A stretch of 54,704 nt of DNA from a virus (IMGVR_UViG_3300030105_002351:1-54704); one strand, 5' to 3'; shown: positions 1-9,938, counted from the first letter of the stretch. The notes: generated by a model from the letters alone, not told the origin. Made by a program: numbers and translations.

Positions 1-600
1 GTACTAGCACCAACAATAGTTCCACTAACATCTAAATTACCATTAAGATCAACAAGTGTAGAATTTAATTCTATTTCGTCATCTGCGTTTATATCTAAAT
101 CACCATTAGCAGGAGAACCAATATTGATTGCTGAATCTCTAAACTGTATTACACTTGCTCCGTTTAAAAGAACTCCTGTATCGGCAACATGAGTAAAAGT
201 AACATCTTGATCATCGCCTAATCCAATTACAGCACCATCTGCTAAAAATAAATCTGAAAATTCTAATGAAGTAGTACCAAGAGCTGCGCCATCACTTGCA
301 TCTGGAACAAATGCAGTTGAAGCAGTAATTGTTGTTGCAGACAAAGTGCTTGCACCAACTATTGTACCGCTTACATCTAAGTTAGCATTAACATCACATA
401 GTGTTGCATTTAATTCTATTTCATCAGTTGCATTAATATCCAATATAGCATTACTTGGCGCACCTATACTTTGTGATGAATCATTGAATTGAATAACAGA
501 AGTTCCATTTAAAAGTAGCCCTGTGTCAGCAACGTGCGTTAGTGTTACATCAGTGTCTGCACCAAATCCTAAAACCGCTGCATCTGATTCTAAAGTTAAA
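1..600 (-). repeat. Tandem 345-nt (115-aa) repeat within the tail fibre
   Basis: DVT(L/F)THVADTG(L/V)LLNG and DEIELN.TL.D.N.NLDVSGTIVGAS each occur twice, 345 nt apart (181 vs 526; 67 vs 412). Confidence 0.85.
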
Positions 601-1112
601 TCATCACCTACAGTTAAGTCAGTACCTACAGTTAAAGCTGCTGCGGCAGCTACTGCTCCTGCAATACTTAAAGTTCCTGCTAAATCTAAATCAGTAAAAG
701 CATTTAATACTGCTGCACCTGAACCAGCTCCATCAAGTGTAACAACAGCTACTCTGCTATTTGGAATAGTTACTGTTGCTCCTGAACCTTGTTTAATTAT
801 TATATTTTGAGAACCACTTGTAGCGTTTTCTATAACTGAAACTTTTTTAATAGTGTTTGGTCCTATTGTAATAGTACAAGCTGAATCAAGTGTGCCTGTA
901 TATTTTATATACATAGCCCTTGCTTCGTCTGCTGCACCATCAGCAATAGTAGAAGTGTGTGTATTTGCATTAGTTGTTATACCTTCAGTTCCTATGCCTA
1001 ATGCTTGCCCTATAAGCTCTAAATTAAGATTTGTTACTGTTCCCCAAGTACCGCTGGCATCACCAGTAGCTAGTTCGTTTAGTCTTAGGTTATTTACATA
1101 TGTACTTGCCAT
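1..1112 (-). CDS. Tail fibre protein, N-terminal part (runs off the left edge)
   Basis: Not in the ORF track. ATG at 1112 reads MASTYVNNLRLNELATGDASGTWGTVTNLNLELIGQA, an N-terminus typical of marine phage tail fibres. Contains an internal 115-aa repeat. Confidence 0.8.
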   Translation of the reverse strand, partial: MASTYVNNLRLNELATGDASGTWGTVTNLNLELIGQALGIGTEGITTNANTHTSTIADGAADEARAMYIKYTGTLDSACTITIGPNTIKKVSVIENATSGSQNIIIKQGSGATVTIPNSRVAVVTLDGAGSGAAVLNAFTDLDLAGTLSIAGAVAAAAALTVGTDLTVGDDLTLESDAAVLGFGADTDVTLTHVADTGLLLNGTSVIQFNDSSQSIGAPSNAILDINATDEIELNATLCDVNANLDVSGTIVGASTLSATTITASTAFVPDASDGAALGTTSLEFSDLFLADGAVIGLGDDQDVTFTHVADTGVLLNGASVIQFRDSAINIGSPANGDLDINADDEIELNSTLVDLNGNLDVSGTIVGAS

Positions 1113-1131
1113 TTCTAATCCTCATTAATAT

Positions 1132-1608
1132 TTATATAACAATTTCACTATAATTTGGAGTTTGAGCTGTTGATATAATAGAATAACTTACAGTTAAGTT
1201 AGTTCCTTCTTGACTCCAAACATTAACATTATTGTTCAATGAAGAAGTTAAATCAAAACCTTGAACTGAAACATCAGCATCGGCAGTAACTGTTTCTATA
1301 CCTAGTGCAGATGTGCCTGCTAAACCTGTCATATCTAGGAAATTATTAGTTATTAAACTTTCATTTCCTACTGCTGAAGTACCAGCATTTCCAGTGACAG
1401 AAACATTAGCTGCGGCAGATACTGATTCATCTCCCAATCCACTTGTTGAGGTTGTTGCGGTTACTCCTGCAACTGCTGCGGCTTGTACAGCAGTTCCATC
1501 ATCTAGTGCTGTAGTTCCAACATTTCCAGTAACAGTAACTGGTAATGGATCAGAGCCAAAACCTAACTGACCCCAAGTACCTCTACCCCAGCCATTTATA
1601 TTAGCCAT
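1132..1608 (-). CDS. Virion structural protein (G/T/A/V-rich)
   Basis: GWGRGTWG N-terminus, beta-rich composition, located in the tail gene block. Confidence 0.65.
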   Translation of the reverse strand: MANINGWGRGTWGQLGFGSDPLPVTVTGNVGTTALDDGTAVQAAAVAGVTATTSTSGLGDESVSAAANVSVTGNAGTSAVGNESLITNNFLDMTGLAGTSALGIETVTADADVSVQGFDLTSSLNNNVNVWSQEGTNLTVSYSIISTAQTPNYSEIVI

Positions 1609-1615
1609 AGTAAAA

Positions 1616-2044
1616 CTACGCTATTCTTATAATTGCATTTGAAGCGTCTGCTGCTGGAAACTGTATTGTAAAATCTCCTGCTGTAGATGTTTTATCTCCA
1701 CCAAAAGCTAAAACACAAACTGCTTTATCACTGTTTGTATCGTTATATATTACACAACCATTAGCTGTGATGGTTACATTGCTAAAAGTTAAATCAGCAA
1801 AATCAGTAAATGCTGTTGTTCCTGAAGTTGTAGGATTAATATTAGTTAATGCTGATCCTGTGGCAGAATAGTTAGTTCCACTAGCTTCATTTGTACTTGA
1901 GTATGCTGTAGTTGCTGCACCTAAAGATGCAGAACTTGTGTACAAAGCTAATTTAAAGCTATTTCCACCAGATGCTAAAAAGTTATGCGTACCTTCAAGT
2001 AGTTCTTTTTTAAATGATGTACACATTGCTTGCGCTATTGCCAT
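1616..2044 (-). CDS. Conserved phage virion/tail-associated protein
   Basis: MAIAQAMCTSFKKELL...FKLALYT...FGGDKTSTAGDFTIQFP pattern recognised from marine phage tail regions. Confidence 0.7.
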   Translation of the reverse strand: MAIAQAMCTSFKKELLEGTHNFLASGGNSFKLALYTSSASLGAATTAYSSTNEASGTNYSATGSALTNINPTTSGTTAFTDFADLTFSNVTITANGCVIYNDTNSDKAVCVLAFGGDKTSTAGDFTIQFPAADASNAIIRIA

Positions 2045-2334
2045 TATAATCTCCTAATAATATTTGCCATCTCTTGATGACCTTGTTTTTCTAATAAACC
2101 TGATACAGTAGCTCTATCACTCAATACAGCTTGTTTCATGTACAGTAAAACTACACTTTGTATATGATCTTTAAATGTTTTTGCTTGTGCTTTAACCATA
2201 GGATCAGCATTTTCGCTTACAGCAATTAAACGCTCCATTATGCGTTCTGTCCAATATTCAGGCTTTAAACCTTCATTCTGAGTAGTTTTAACCCCTACAG
2301 TTCCTATTGTGCTTTGTACATCCACACTAAACAT
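2044..2334 (-). CDS. Hypothetical phage protein
   Basis: 96-aa ORF translationally coupled to both neighbours. Confidence 0.65.
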   Translation of the reverse strand: MFSVDVQSTIGTVGVKTTQNEGLKPEYWTERIMERLIAVSENADPMVKAQAKTFKDHIQSVVLLYMKQAVLSDRATVSGLLEKQGHQEMANIIRRL

Positions 2335-2971
2335 TTATTTTCCTTTGTCCATCTCTATAAGCATCTTTACGATTGTATCCATCTGATTGCAATGTAAGTT
2401 TTTGCAAAGACTCTGTAAATCTTTTTTCGTAATTAGCTAGAACATCTGGTTCACCTTTCATAAATACATACGCTTCACATAAAGAAGCATAAAGTAATGT
2501 TTCTGGAGAATTTGTACCTAGCCATGATGTTCCATCTGATGTAGCTGTTATTGATGCAGGTGAATAAAAATAATGTAACTCAACACCAAAAGAAGAACCA
2601 GGTGTTGGTCCTACAATAAAACTATCATCAGCAAACTGAGCATAGTGTTTTGGTGTACCTGTAGTTGCTATTGTTGGATAAGCTTCTCTAATAAAACTAA
2701 CATCAGTATTTAACAAATAACTGTATTTATTATTAGTATCAATAACTGCTAGTGAATATGGATATAAGTAATCAGTAGGAGTTTTAAGGTATTCAGAATT
2801 AGCAGTTAAGTTAGCTGTTACATTTTTTCTAAAATTAGGGAGTTCAACAGATTTAATTATTCTATCTTCTGCTTGTATAATAAAAGTAGAAAGGTTGCTA
2901 ACAAAACTTGTTTCAGTATTTTGTGTATAATCTTGTATTGCGGATTTTAATGTCGTAAATGTTAAACTCAT
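2327..2971 (-). CDS. Putative tail adaptor / tubular protein
   Basis: L...I.DY, FI..AE.RI, GTPKHYA, V.PTP and LLYASL.EA motifs typical of head-tail adaptors. Confidence 0.65.
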   Translation of the reverse strand: MSLTFTTLKSAIQDYTQNTETSFVSNLSTFIIQAEDRIIKSVELPNFRKNVTANLTANSEYLKTPTDYLYPYSLAVIDTNNKYSYLLNTDVSFIREAYPTIATTGTPKHYAQFADDSFIVGPTPGSSFGVELHYFYSPASITATSDGTSWLGTNSPETLLYASLCEAYVFMKGEPDVLANYEKRFTESLQKLTLQSDGYNRKDAYRDGQRKINV

Positions 2972-3309
2972 GTTGTACTCACTTTAACTGTTCCAGTTTC
3001 ACCTTTTATATTTAATCCCATGGTACTAGAACCAAATTCAAACATTCCACCCCCTACAGGATTAAAAGAATAATATGATGTAGAGCTTACTTCTCCTGCA
3101 TCTGGTCTAGCATTAAATAGAGTTTGAGGATCACTACTGTTTACTTCACCAAGCTTTAACTGTGGATGATCTATATCAAAGCAATTGTTGCAAACCCTCA
3201 TTCCATTTCTTTTACTATCTTCAATTTCATATCTTAAACGATTTAGTTTAAAGGTAAAACCACAGCGATCACATTGACCTAAAGCTTTAGTTGCTCTTGC
3301 ATAAGCCAT
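2968..3309 (-). CDS. Hypothetical protein with CxxC...CxxC zinc-binding motif
   Basis: CDRCG and VCNNCFD..HPQL. Confidence 0.65.
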   Translation of the reverse strand: MAYARATKALGQCDRCGFTFKLNRLRYEIEDSKRNGMRVCNNCFDIDHPQLKLGEVNSSDPQTLFNARPDAGEVSSTSYYSFNPVGGGMFEFGSSTMGLNIKGETGTVKVSTT

Positions 3310-4005
3310 TTAATAACCATAATTCCCTAAGTCTGGAACAAATCTAACAGATGCTCTTTCTCTATCTGCATCACTTACATCTTTCCATAACTCATTATAT
3401 CTTTGTCTAATCATTGGAACTCTTTGTTGAGCTTCAGGTGATTTGCAAGCTAAGTTATATGCTAAAGCATAAGTTAAGCATGGCAGATACCTTGCAGGTA
3501 CATCTGCATTATTACTTGCAATGTCTCCTGTATCTTCAATTTTTTGAATAAAATCATAAACTAAAGTATAAGGAGCGTCAGGAGTAGACCATAAAACTAT
3601 TTCAATACTACTTGTTCCTTTGTCTACATAAAACTGTGTTGGTTTAGCTTTATTTAGTTTATTAGATTGATGGTTATATTCTGTTTTAGATATTCTATTT
3701 AATCTTTGATCAAATTGATTTGCTGTATTTCCTGCATTAGTTCTTAAAAAAACATCAACAACATCTAGTGCAGAAGAATCTATAGTATAACTACTCGTTC
3801 CTTCAACAACGGATGCTGTTCCTTGTTCAACAGTCCATAGATTTAAACCTTTGTTTTGCCATTCTAAAAAGACTAAGTTTAAAGCTCTTTTAGCTCCTCT
3901 AAAACTATAGCCTGATCTTAGCTCTAAACCACAAAGATCATAAGCTTCTTCCATAATATCGCTTATATCTAAATTAAATGTATGCGTTCCACTTGTTGCC
4001 ATCAT
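3310..4005 (-). CDS. Putative head-tail connector protein
   Basis: TSGT..FNLD...IMEEAY, RALNL.F.EWQNKGLNLWT, PTQFY motifs; position between capsid and tail genes. Confidence 0.65.
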   Translation of the reverse strand: MMATSGTHTFNLDISDIMEEAYDLCGLELRSGYSFRGAKRALNLVFLEWQNKGLNLWTVEQGTASVVEGTSSYTIDSSALDVVDVFLRTNAGNTANQFDQRLNRISKTEYNHQSNKLNKAKPTQFYVDKGTSSIEIVLWSTPDAPYTLVYDFIQKIEDTGDIASNNADVPARYLPCLTYALAYNLACKSPEAQQRVPMIRQRYNELWKDVSDADRERASVRFVPDLGNYGY

Positions 4006-4015
4006 TTATCCCATT

Positions 4016-4312
4016 TTAACATTTCCACCTTCTACGAGCCTGTCTAATTCTTGAGTTAGGATCGTTTTTGGTTTTAGCTGAACTATTTTTAAGTTGCCCA
4101 GCAGACCTTGCACAATAAGATTTTCTTCTTTTTGCAGCTTTACTACCTTTTTTTACATCACCTGTAACTGCTGTTTTTAACTTAGAACCAGGATTAGCTT
4201 TACGATAAGCTGCAACCCCTGTCTTAGTCATACCAGCTCCACTTTTCGTAGATCGGTAGTTAGCACCCTTACCTTTAGTTGTTTTAGGTATAGAGTTATC
4301 TCTTTTCCTCAT
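4016..4312 (-). CDS. Small basic conserved phage protein
   Basis: K/R-rich; GAGMT..GV.AY...NPGSKLKTAV, RRKSYCARS and RRRWKC motifs. Confidence 0.7.
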   Translation of the reverse strand: MRKRDNSIPKTTKGKGANYRSTKSGAGMTKTGVAAYRKANPGSKLKTAVTGDVKKGSKAAKRRKSYCARSAGQLKNSSAKTKNDPNSRIRQARRRWKC

Positions 4313-4325
4313 TGCTTATGTCTAC

Positions 4326-4643
4326 TTATCGTTTGTTTTTTTTCATAGCTGGAACATCTGTCATTCCACCACCAAACATATTTTTAACATATTCTTTGTA
4401 GGATTGAACTTTTTGTTCTTTGCCCACTTCTCTACCCATTCTTCCACCGCCAGCCATACCTTTAGTAGTTTTACCGCCACCAGCCATATACTTGGTAGAT
4501 TTACCACCACCAGCCATTCCTTTAGTAGATTTACCACCACCAGCCATACCTTTAGTTGACTTTCCGCCACCAGCCATACCTTTGGTTGATCTACCACCGC
4601 CAGCCATGCCTTTAGTGCCTTTTGAATTTTTTACATTTGGCAT
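4326..4643 (-). CDS. Basic low-complexity protein with MAGGG repeats
   Basis: Six (G/Y)MAGGG(K/R) units; GGA-type RBS upstream of the ATG. Confidence 0.75.
   Translation of the reverse strand: MPNVKNSKGTKGMAGGGRSTKGMAGGGKSTKGMAGGGKSTKGMAGGGKSTKYMAGGGKTTKGMAGGGRMGREVGKEQKVQSYKEYVKNMFGGGMTDVPAMKKNKR
4441..4620 (-). repeat. 30-nt tandem repeat, 6 copies
   Basis: Unit CCRCCAGCCAT...TTTAGTAGAT on the + strand, varying mostly at synonymous positions. Confidence 0.9.
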
Positions 4644-4723
4644 AATTAATTCCTTTTTTATTAGATATTTACAATACCCTATATTTCAAGAGTATTATAA
4701 ATAATATTAACATATAAATATTT

Positions 4724-5341
4724 TTAAGCGTGAAACACAGTCATTGTTAAAAAAGTAGATACAGTATATTGAATGTATATACCATTAGAAAAAACTACTC
4801 CTTCATCTGGAATAACAACATCTCTTGTTGCATCAGCATCACCTACAGAACTTAACTTCATCAAACTTGTTCCTGATGGTGAAGTTGTTAAAAAATCTGT
4901 AGTTCCTGCTGTTGCAGTGCCAGTTAAATAAATACCTTTTAATCTTGATCTACCTTCAAAGATGACATCTGCTGCTGAACCATTAACTCCTGCTGAAACA
5001 TTTCCTGCTGGATTTCCTACAGCAGTTATAGAAGCTATTGTTAGAAAAAACTTAGTTCCAGTAGCTGTACCAGCATTAGCACCTGTAATGGATTCTGTTT
5101 GAGAATCTCCATTAACATCAGTTCCAACAACAGTAAATGATTTACCAGAATCATTCCCAGCCGAAAGGATCGTTACAATCCTCCCATGACTGAGTGTAAC
5201 AGAACCACTGTCAGCTAATGCTCCCCCTATTGTAAGGGCTGCATTATTTCCAACAGAGGCTGCTGCTGATATACCATCTGCATCTAAGGCAACTGTATCA
5301 GCAGTTATAGTAACTGCTTTTACATCTGATCTACCTGACAT
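4724..5341 (-). CDS. Virion structural protein
   Basis: 205 aa, G/T/A-rich; SDVKA N-terminus and IPDEGV.F..GIY C-terminus. Confidence 0.65.
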   Translation of the reverse strand: MSGRSDVKAVTITADTVALDADGISAAASVGNNAALTIGGALADSGSVTLSHGRIVTILSAGNDSGKSFTVVGTDVNGDSQTESITGANAGTATGTKFFLTIASITAVGNPAGNVSAGVNGSAADVIFEGRSRLKGIYLTGTATAGTTDFLTTSPSGTSLMKLSSVGDADATRDVVIPDEGVVFSNGIYIQYTVSTFLTMTVFHA

Positions 5342-5350
5342 AAGTTACTC

Positions 5351-6256
5351 CTAGATAATACCAGTAAGGTTAATTAATGAGTAATCAGTAGTTACATTAA
5401 CAATCATAACAGTACCTATTACTTGTATAACATCTCCAGCCGCAGGTCCAACAGCTCCAACAGCTCCTAATGGTACTGCGTGATTACCTACAACTAATGT
5501 TCCTGAAGTTAATACTGAAGCTGGTCCTGAAACTGCAAACCAACCACAATGAGTAGCAGCCATATCAACTACTGTTACACCCATTGTTGCACCTGTAGTT
5601 GTAGCAGCTTGACCAATTAAAGCACTTCTTGGATCAGGAATTAAAGTTATTCTTGAGCTTGTTGTTATTGCTGTTGCTAAATCATCGTAGCAAGTAATAA
5701 CGATTGAAGGGTCTGAGGAATGATCATGTGCAGGATTAGATTTAATTCTAAGCATTTGACCTTCGCCAGCCGCATCATTTACATAAAGATAACCATTTGC
5801 ATATTGATTAAGAGTTATGTCAGTACCAGCAGTTTCAACTGAAATTGCAGTTTCTCCAGCCGCTACAGCAGCAGTAGGAGTTAAATCAAAGTGATCTGAT
5901 ATTGAGGCTGCGTGAGTTATACATTTACCAGCTGTTACAGCAGCAGCACCCATTTTTCCATAACTGTAAACTGTATTGCCGTAAAGCAATCTACTTCCTA
6001 AAGGAAATAACTGACTTGCTCCAGATGTGTAGGGATCAACTGTACCAAATTGGCTACCGCCTTTACCTACAATAAAATCTGCCGGTCCTTTTCCTGTTCC
6101 TGCTACATATTGAATGTGTCCACCATCATCAGTAAAAATATTACCATCACTATTGATTACTAAACCATCAGTGATAGTTCCTGTTGATGTTGCTACATCA
6201 ATGGTTTTAAAGCCATTTTCGGACCTGACTGATCCACTAAAAGTTGTATTAGCCAT
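5351..6256 (-). CDS. Putative capsid decoration / head fibre protein
   Basis: Start reassigned to ATG 6256 (MANTTFSGSVRSENGF) downstream of GGAGG; follows the major capsid gene. Confidence 0.65.
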   Translation of the reverse strand: MANTTFSGSVRSENGFKTIDVATSTGTITDGLVINSDGNIFTDDGGHIQYVAGTGKGPADFIVGKGGSQFGTVDPYTSGASQLFPLGSRLLYGNTVYSYGKMGAAAVTAGKCITHAASISDHFDLTPTAAVAAGETAISVETAGTDITLNQYANGYLYVNDAAGEGQMLRIKSNPAHDHSSDPSIVITCYDDLATAITTSSRITLIPDPRSALIGQAATTTGATMGVTVVDMAATHCGWFAVSGPASVLTSGTLVVGNHAVPLGAVGAVGPAAGDVIQVIGTVMIVNVTTDYSLINLTGII

Positions 6257-6351
6257 AATTTCCTCCAAGGAAATTTAATCTATCATCTTGGCAAAGTCTG
6301 CTAGGTCAGTTGATAGAGTTATTTGTAATCCTAGTTTTTTTAATATAACAC

Positions 6352-6380
6352 AAAAAAGGGGAGCTTTCGCTCCCCCTTAT
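6352..6380 (-). terminator. Rho-independent terminator after the major capsid gene
   Basis: Minus strand GGGGAGC-GAAA-GCTCCCC followed by TTTTTT. Confidence 0.85.
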
Positions 6381-6389
6381 TTTGCACTT

Positions 6390-7304
6390 TTACGATGAAC
6401 CAGGTGATCCAAAGATACCTAGTGGGTCTGATACTCCAAATGAATATCGTTCCCTAGCTTTGTATCTAACATTACCTGTATCAAAGTCTCCATCCATAGA
6501 TGTAGTCATTGGACTTCTAACGAAATGTTTCATGCCATCAGGAACATCAGTAGTGATGAAGAAAGCATTAGTATCAGTTAAATAATGATTAACTGAATAA
6601 CCTTCTGGAATCACGCCATTTGTTTTAATAGCATTAATGTCGTTGTCAGCCGTACCTACCCTATAATCACTTTGTAAAAGTCTAGTAGCTACAAACTGTA
6701 AGTCTGAAGGTACAATTAACTTTTTAGGTCTAGCAGCAATTTTTAATCCCCTATCATCAGTATATTTACCGATTTGAATGATTGCATCTTCTAAAGAAGT
6801 TTCATTCAAGTCAGCACCTGCTGATGGGCGGTTGCTGTTAGTTCCACCATTTACAAGCGGATGTGCTGTGCTAAATAAAGCAACATCATCTCCACTTTTA
6901 AAAGAGGTAGAAAAACCATTGTTAAGTGGATTAGCAGCTTTTACTTGCTTAGTGTAAGCCATTGCGCGAGCCAAAGCTTTAGTATACCTTCCAGACAGAG
7001 AAACATAGAGGTTATCTTCCATTGCTTCTTCTGTAATTGAGTATCCCATTGCAATTGTTTCATGCGTGTAACGAGCTACAAAAGATTCTTGTGCAGTATC
7101 ATAAGTGATAGCTGAACCTTCATCTTTTACTGGAGCAGCTCCAAAACCTGATAGTTTCAATTCTTCTTCAAAACTTCTTTCAGAATTTTCTGAAACATAG
7201 ATTTCTTCATGCTCATTTTCATATGAACCATATTCTTCGCCAAATAAAGCATTCAATCCAGGTAGGAGTTGTTTAAGCTCATTTGCTCTTGATATAGCAG
7301 CCAT
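6390..7304 (-). CDS. Major capsid protein
   Basis: AISRA..LKQLLPGLNALFG.EY, RYTHETIA.G..ITEEA.EDNLY, RYKARERYSFG.SDP motifs; strong RBS; follows scaffold. Confidence 0.9.
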   Translation of the reverse strand: MAAISRANELKQLLPGLNALFGEEYGSYENEHEEIYVSENSERSFEEELKLSGFGAAPVKDEGSAITYDTAQESFVARYTHETIAMGYSITEEAMEDNLYVSLSGRYTKALARAMAYTKQVKAANPLNNGFSTSFKSGDDVALFSTAHPLVNGGTNSNRPSAGADLNETSLEDAIIQIGKYTDDRGLKIAARPKKLIVPSDLQFVATRLLQSDYRVGTADNDINAIKTNGVIPEGYSVNHYLTDTNAFFITTDVPDGMKHFVRSPMTTSMDGDFDTGNVRYKARERYSFGVSDPLGIFGSPGSS

Positions 7305-7317
7305 AATTTATCTCCTA

Positions 7318-7905
7318 TTATCCTATACCAGTTGTGTTAAGCAACTGATGCCCAACATTAACCATGACAAGTACATCTGTAAAAGCATCGCCTACTGCAC
7401 TATCTGGTCCGTCAACAAAGTCAACGATCTTTAAAGGTAGTGTATTAGTAGTTGCTGCGGTAGATATACCAACTGTGTTTTTGCTTTGTCCGATTGCTGT
7501 GCTTCCTGCTGTTTGCACTACGTTACAGTTTTTACCTAAATCATCTAGGGTTGCTGCGCCATTGCATTGCATTTGCATTAGTACAAACGGATCGGTAGCA
7601 ACATACGCAACAATATCATCCGCAACTGTTGAAGCTGGGAATTGATTGTTAGGTGTAAATTGCTTTGTAGTTGGGTCAGTGTAAGCACAACCAAGGAAAA
7701 CACCAATGGTAGTCAAAGAACTTGTACCAGTATCTTTTTCGATAGTGGTATTAGGATTTTGATCTGCCCATTTTACAAAATCACCATAGAATATTGCTGT
7801 TGCAAATCCGCTAGTGATTGGATAATGTGTTACTTTTCCCTGAAAAGGACTTCCAACAACTGTTCCAACAGGTCTAGCTCCATGTGGAGTTGCTACTGTA
7901 GACAT
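7318..7905 (-). CDS. Capsid-associated (decoration/cement) protein
   Basis: P.G.RPV, IFYGD.V, GVF.GC.YTDP motifs; directly upstream of the capsid gene. Confidence 0.65.
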   Translation of the reverse strand: MSTVATPHGARPVGTVVGSPFQGKVTHYPITSGFATAIFYGDFVKWADQNPNTTIEKDTGTSSLTTIGVFLGCAYTDPTTKQFTPNNQFPASTVADDIVAYVATDPFVLMQMQCNGAATLDDLGKNCNVVQTAGSTAIGQSKNTVGISTAATTNTLPLKIVDFVDGPDSAVGDAFTDVLVMVNVGHQLLNTTGIG

Positions 7906-7963
7906 AATTGTCTCCTTATGCTGTTAAGTATTAACTTAACAAAAATTAATTATTAAAGATTCT

Positions 7964-8479
7964 TTATGAATCTCTACCAAAAGAGGTCTTCGATTTGCGC
8001 TCAAACACTTGTTTGGTTGCCATTCGATTATCCTGATCCTTAAAATATACATTGTCTACGGATTCCATCTGAGATTTTGCAAGATTTTCAAAATGATTAT
8101 CTCTAGCTTTTGCTCTATCCGCAGGCATTTTGCATAATAATTGACCACCAATTTCAACATTGCCTTTTTTAGCCCATTCTGAATTATGATCCATCATATG
8201 AATCTGTAACTCTGCGTGGTCTTCTAATCTGCAAGGCAACCAGCCTTCACGAAATCTTCGTGATACATTAGGATTATCAGACTGACCTAACAAGGCTGTT
8301 CTGATGTACCTAAATACCCATCCTATCTGTGGGTCTGGTGTCGGTAAATTAGCAGAATTTTCCCAGCTTTGTATGTGCTGAGTAGCCTCTCGGCTTTCTG
8401 TCTCTCTAGGAGTACGCTCTTGGTTTTCAGGAGAATCTTTTGTAACTGGGGTTTTTGTATTATTTTTAACTTCAGTCAT
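7964..8479 (-). CDS. Conserved head-region protein
   Basis: LPTP.P..GW.FR.IR, N.S.R.REGW.P, IGG.LLCKMP motifs. Confidence 0.7.
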   Translation of the reverse strand: MTEVKNNTKTPVTKDSPENQERTPRETESREATQHIQSWENSANLPTPDPQIGWVFRYIRTALLGQSDNPNVSRRFREGWLPCRLEDHAELQIHMMDHNSEWAKKGNVEIGGQLLCKMPADRAKARDNHFENLAKSQMESVDNVYFKDQDNRMATKQVFERKSKTSFGRDS

Positions 8480-8480
8480 A

Positions 8481-9509
8481 TTAAGACTCCTTTAATAATT
8501 GATTTGCATACATTTCAGGACTTATGCCAAGTTGTCGAGCTATTTTAACTTGAGTCTGATTTATACGAATTTGCGTGGGTTTTTTATTTCCGCTATCCCT
8601 CGATGCGGATGCAACAACTGTTGAAGGTTGTCGTTTTGGTGTTGTATACCCTTGTGAAGATTCTGCTTCATTTACAGGTTGTACACCGAAAAAGTTAGGA
8701 AATTGACCTTTCATTGCTGAATCAACTTCTTTGTAATATTGTTGTGATTTACTAGCTGGGTCTACTCCCTTTGCCTGTAGAGATTGATCTACATACATTG
8801 CAAAAGATGTCATTTCCTTATGTGCTGGATCAGTTCCCATAAACCAAGGATTCCTTGATGACCATGCTTGCATATCTGGATCAAGCTGTGGTTTCTGTGG
8901 CTGAATAGGCTGCACAGGCATTTTATTAACAACTTCTTGTTGTACATTTGCTGCCATTGAAGAAGATTGTTGTTCTGCAAGCGTTGCTCTTGATAACAAC
9001 TCTTGTGCTTTTGACATTTCATCAGCATTGCCTTCTTCGTATGCTTTTTTGAAAGAATCTTGAGCGTTTTGTTTTGCCCATAAAGCGTTGTTATATGCTT
9101 GTTTATTTAATACTTCACCGCCTTGTTCAACCATAGCTTGCAGCTTTTGGTTTTCAGACATTACAGTTTGTAATCTTGTAATTGCTTCTTTGGATTCTCT
9201 TGCAGCAGCTTCTTTAGCTCTGCGTTCTTCATGATACTCGTATTTAATTTTTGCTATTCTATCAGCAGCTCGCTTCGAGTAATTTTCTATTTCTTTGTCT
9301 ACTGTTTCATCATCGACTTCAGGCGAAGCATCTTCTGCTTTTGCAGGTCTACGATCAGCTTCAGGTGTGTCATCAACTACTTCTACCTCAAGACCTTCTG
9401 GAATTTTATTGTCAATTTCTACTGACTTACCAAAAAATTTGTCTTCTGTAGTTTGTTGTTTTGTTTCTTGAACAACTGGTTCTTCATTTATAATTTCTGT
9501 TTTACTCAT
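8481..9509 (-). CDS. Putative capsid scaffolding protein
   Basis: Acidic coiled-coil with W..RNPWF and a C-terminal A..LGI..E.YA; between portal and capsid genes. Confidence 0.75.
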   Translation of the reverse strand: MSKTEIINEEPVVQETKQQTTEDKFFGKSVEIDNKIPEGLEVEVVDDTPEADRRPAKAEDASPEVDDETVDKEIENYSKRAADRIAKIKYEYHEERRAKEAAARESKEAITRLQTVMSENQKLQAMVEQGGEVLNKQAYNNALWAKQNAQDSFKKAYEEGNADEMSKAQELLSRATLAEQQSSSMAANVQQEVVNKMPVQPIQPQKPQLDPDMQAWSSRNPWFMGTDPAHKEMTSFAMYVDQSLQAKGVDPASKSQQYYKEVDSAMKGQFPNFFGVQPVNEAESSQGYTTPKRQPSTVVASASRDSGNKKPTQIRINQTQVKIARQLGISPEMYANQLLKES

Positions 9510-9907
9510 GCTCTCACCACTCCTGTAGGATCACTAACAACTGCTTCGACAGTATCGTCATTTATTAACCGAAACTCTTGTCCATACATTTTCATGCGAG
9601 TGCCTGAATAAGCTCTAAATACAACCCAATCTCCTTTTTTACACCAAGGACCATTTGGGAATCTATTACTATCTTGATAACACTCTGTACCTAGTTTTAA
9701 AACATAACCGCAAATATTACTGACTTCTTCATCTTTTACAGTTGAAGTTGCTTTGATGATGCCACCTTCAGTTTTTGTATCTGTTTTAGGCATAGCTATT
9801 AAAATCTTCCAGCCTTTAGGTTGAGGCAGTTGATTTTTAGCTTCATCGGTTAATTTAGGTATTTTTACGTTATCAATCTTATGTTTAGTAATGATTTTTG
9901 TATCCAT
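9506..9907 (-). CDS. groES: GroES-like co-chaperonin
   Basis: P.GW.ILI, KTEGGII, WCK.GDWV.F..YSG, FRLINDD.V.AVV; start placed at ATG 9907. Confidence 0.85.
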   Translation of the reverse strand: MDTKIITKHKIDNVKIPKLTDEAKNQLPQPKGWKILIAMPKTDTKTEGGIIKATSTVKDEEVSNICGYVLKLGTECYQDSNRFPNGPWCKKGDWVVFRAYSGTRMKMYGQEFRLINDDTVEAVVSDPTGVVRA

Positions 9908-9938
9908 ATATATTTGCACGACTTTAGGAGTCGAGTTC

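Noticed and set aside
4441-4620. 30-nt repeats as a CRISPR array
   Set aside because: No spacers; in-frame coding repeat with synonymous variation
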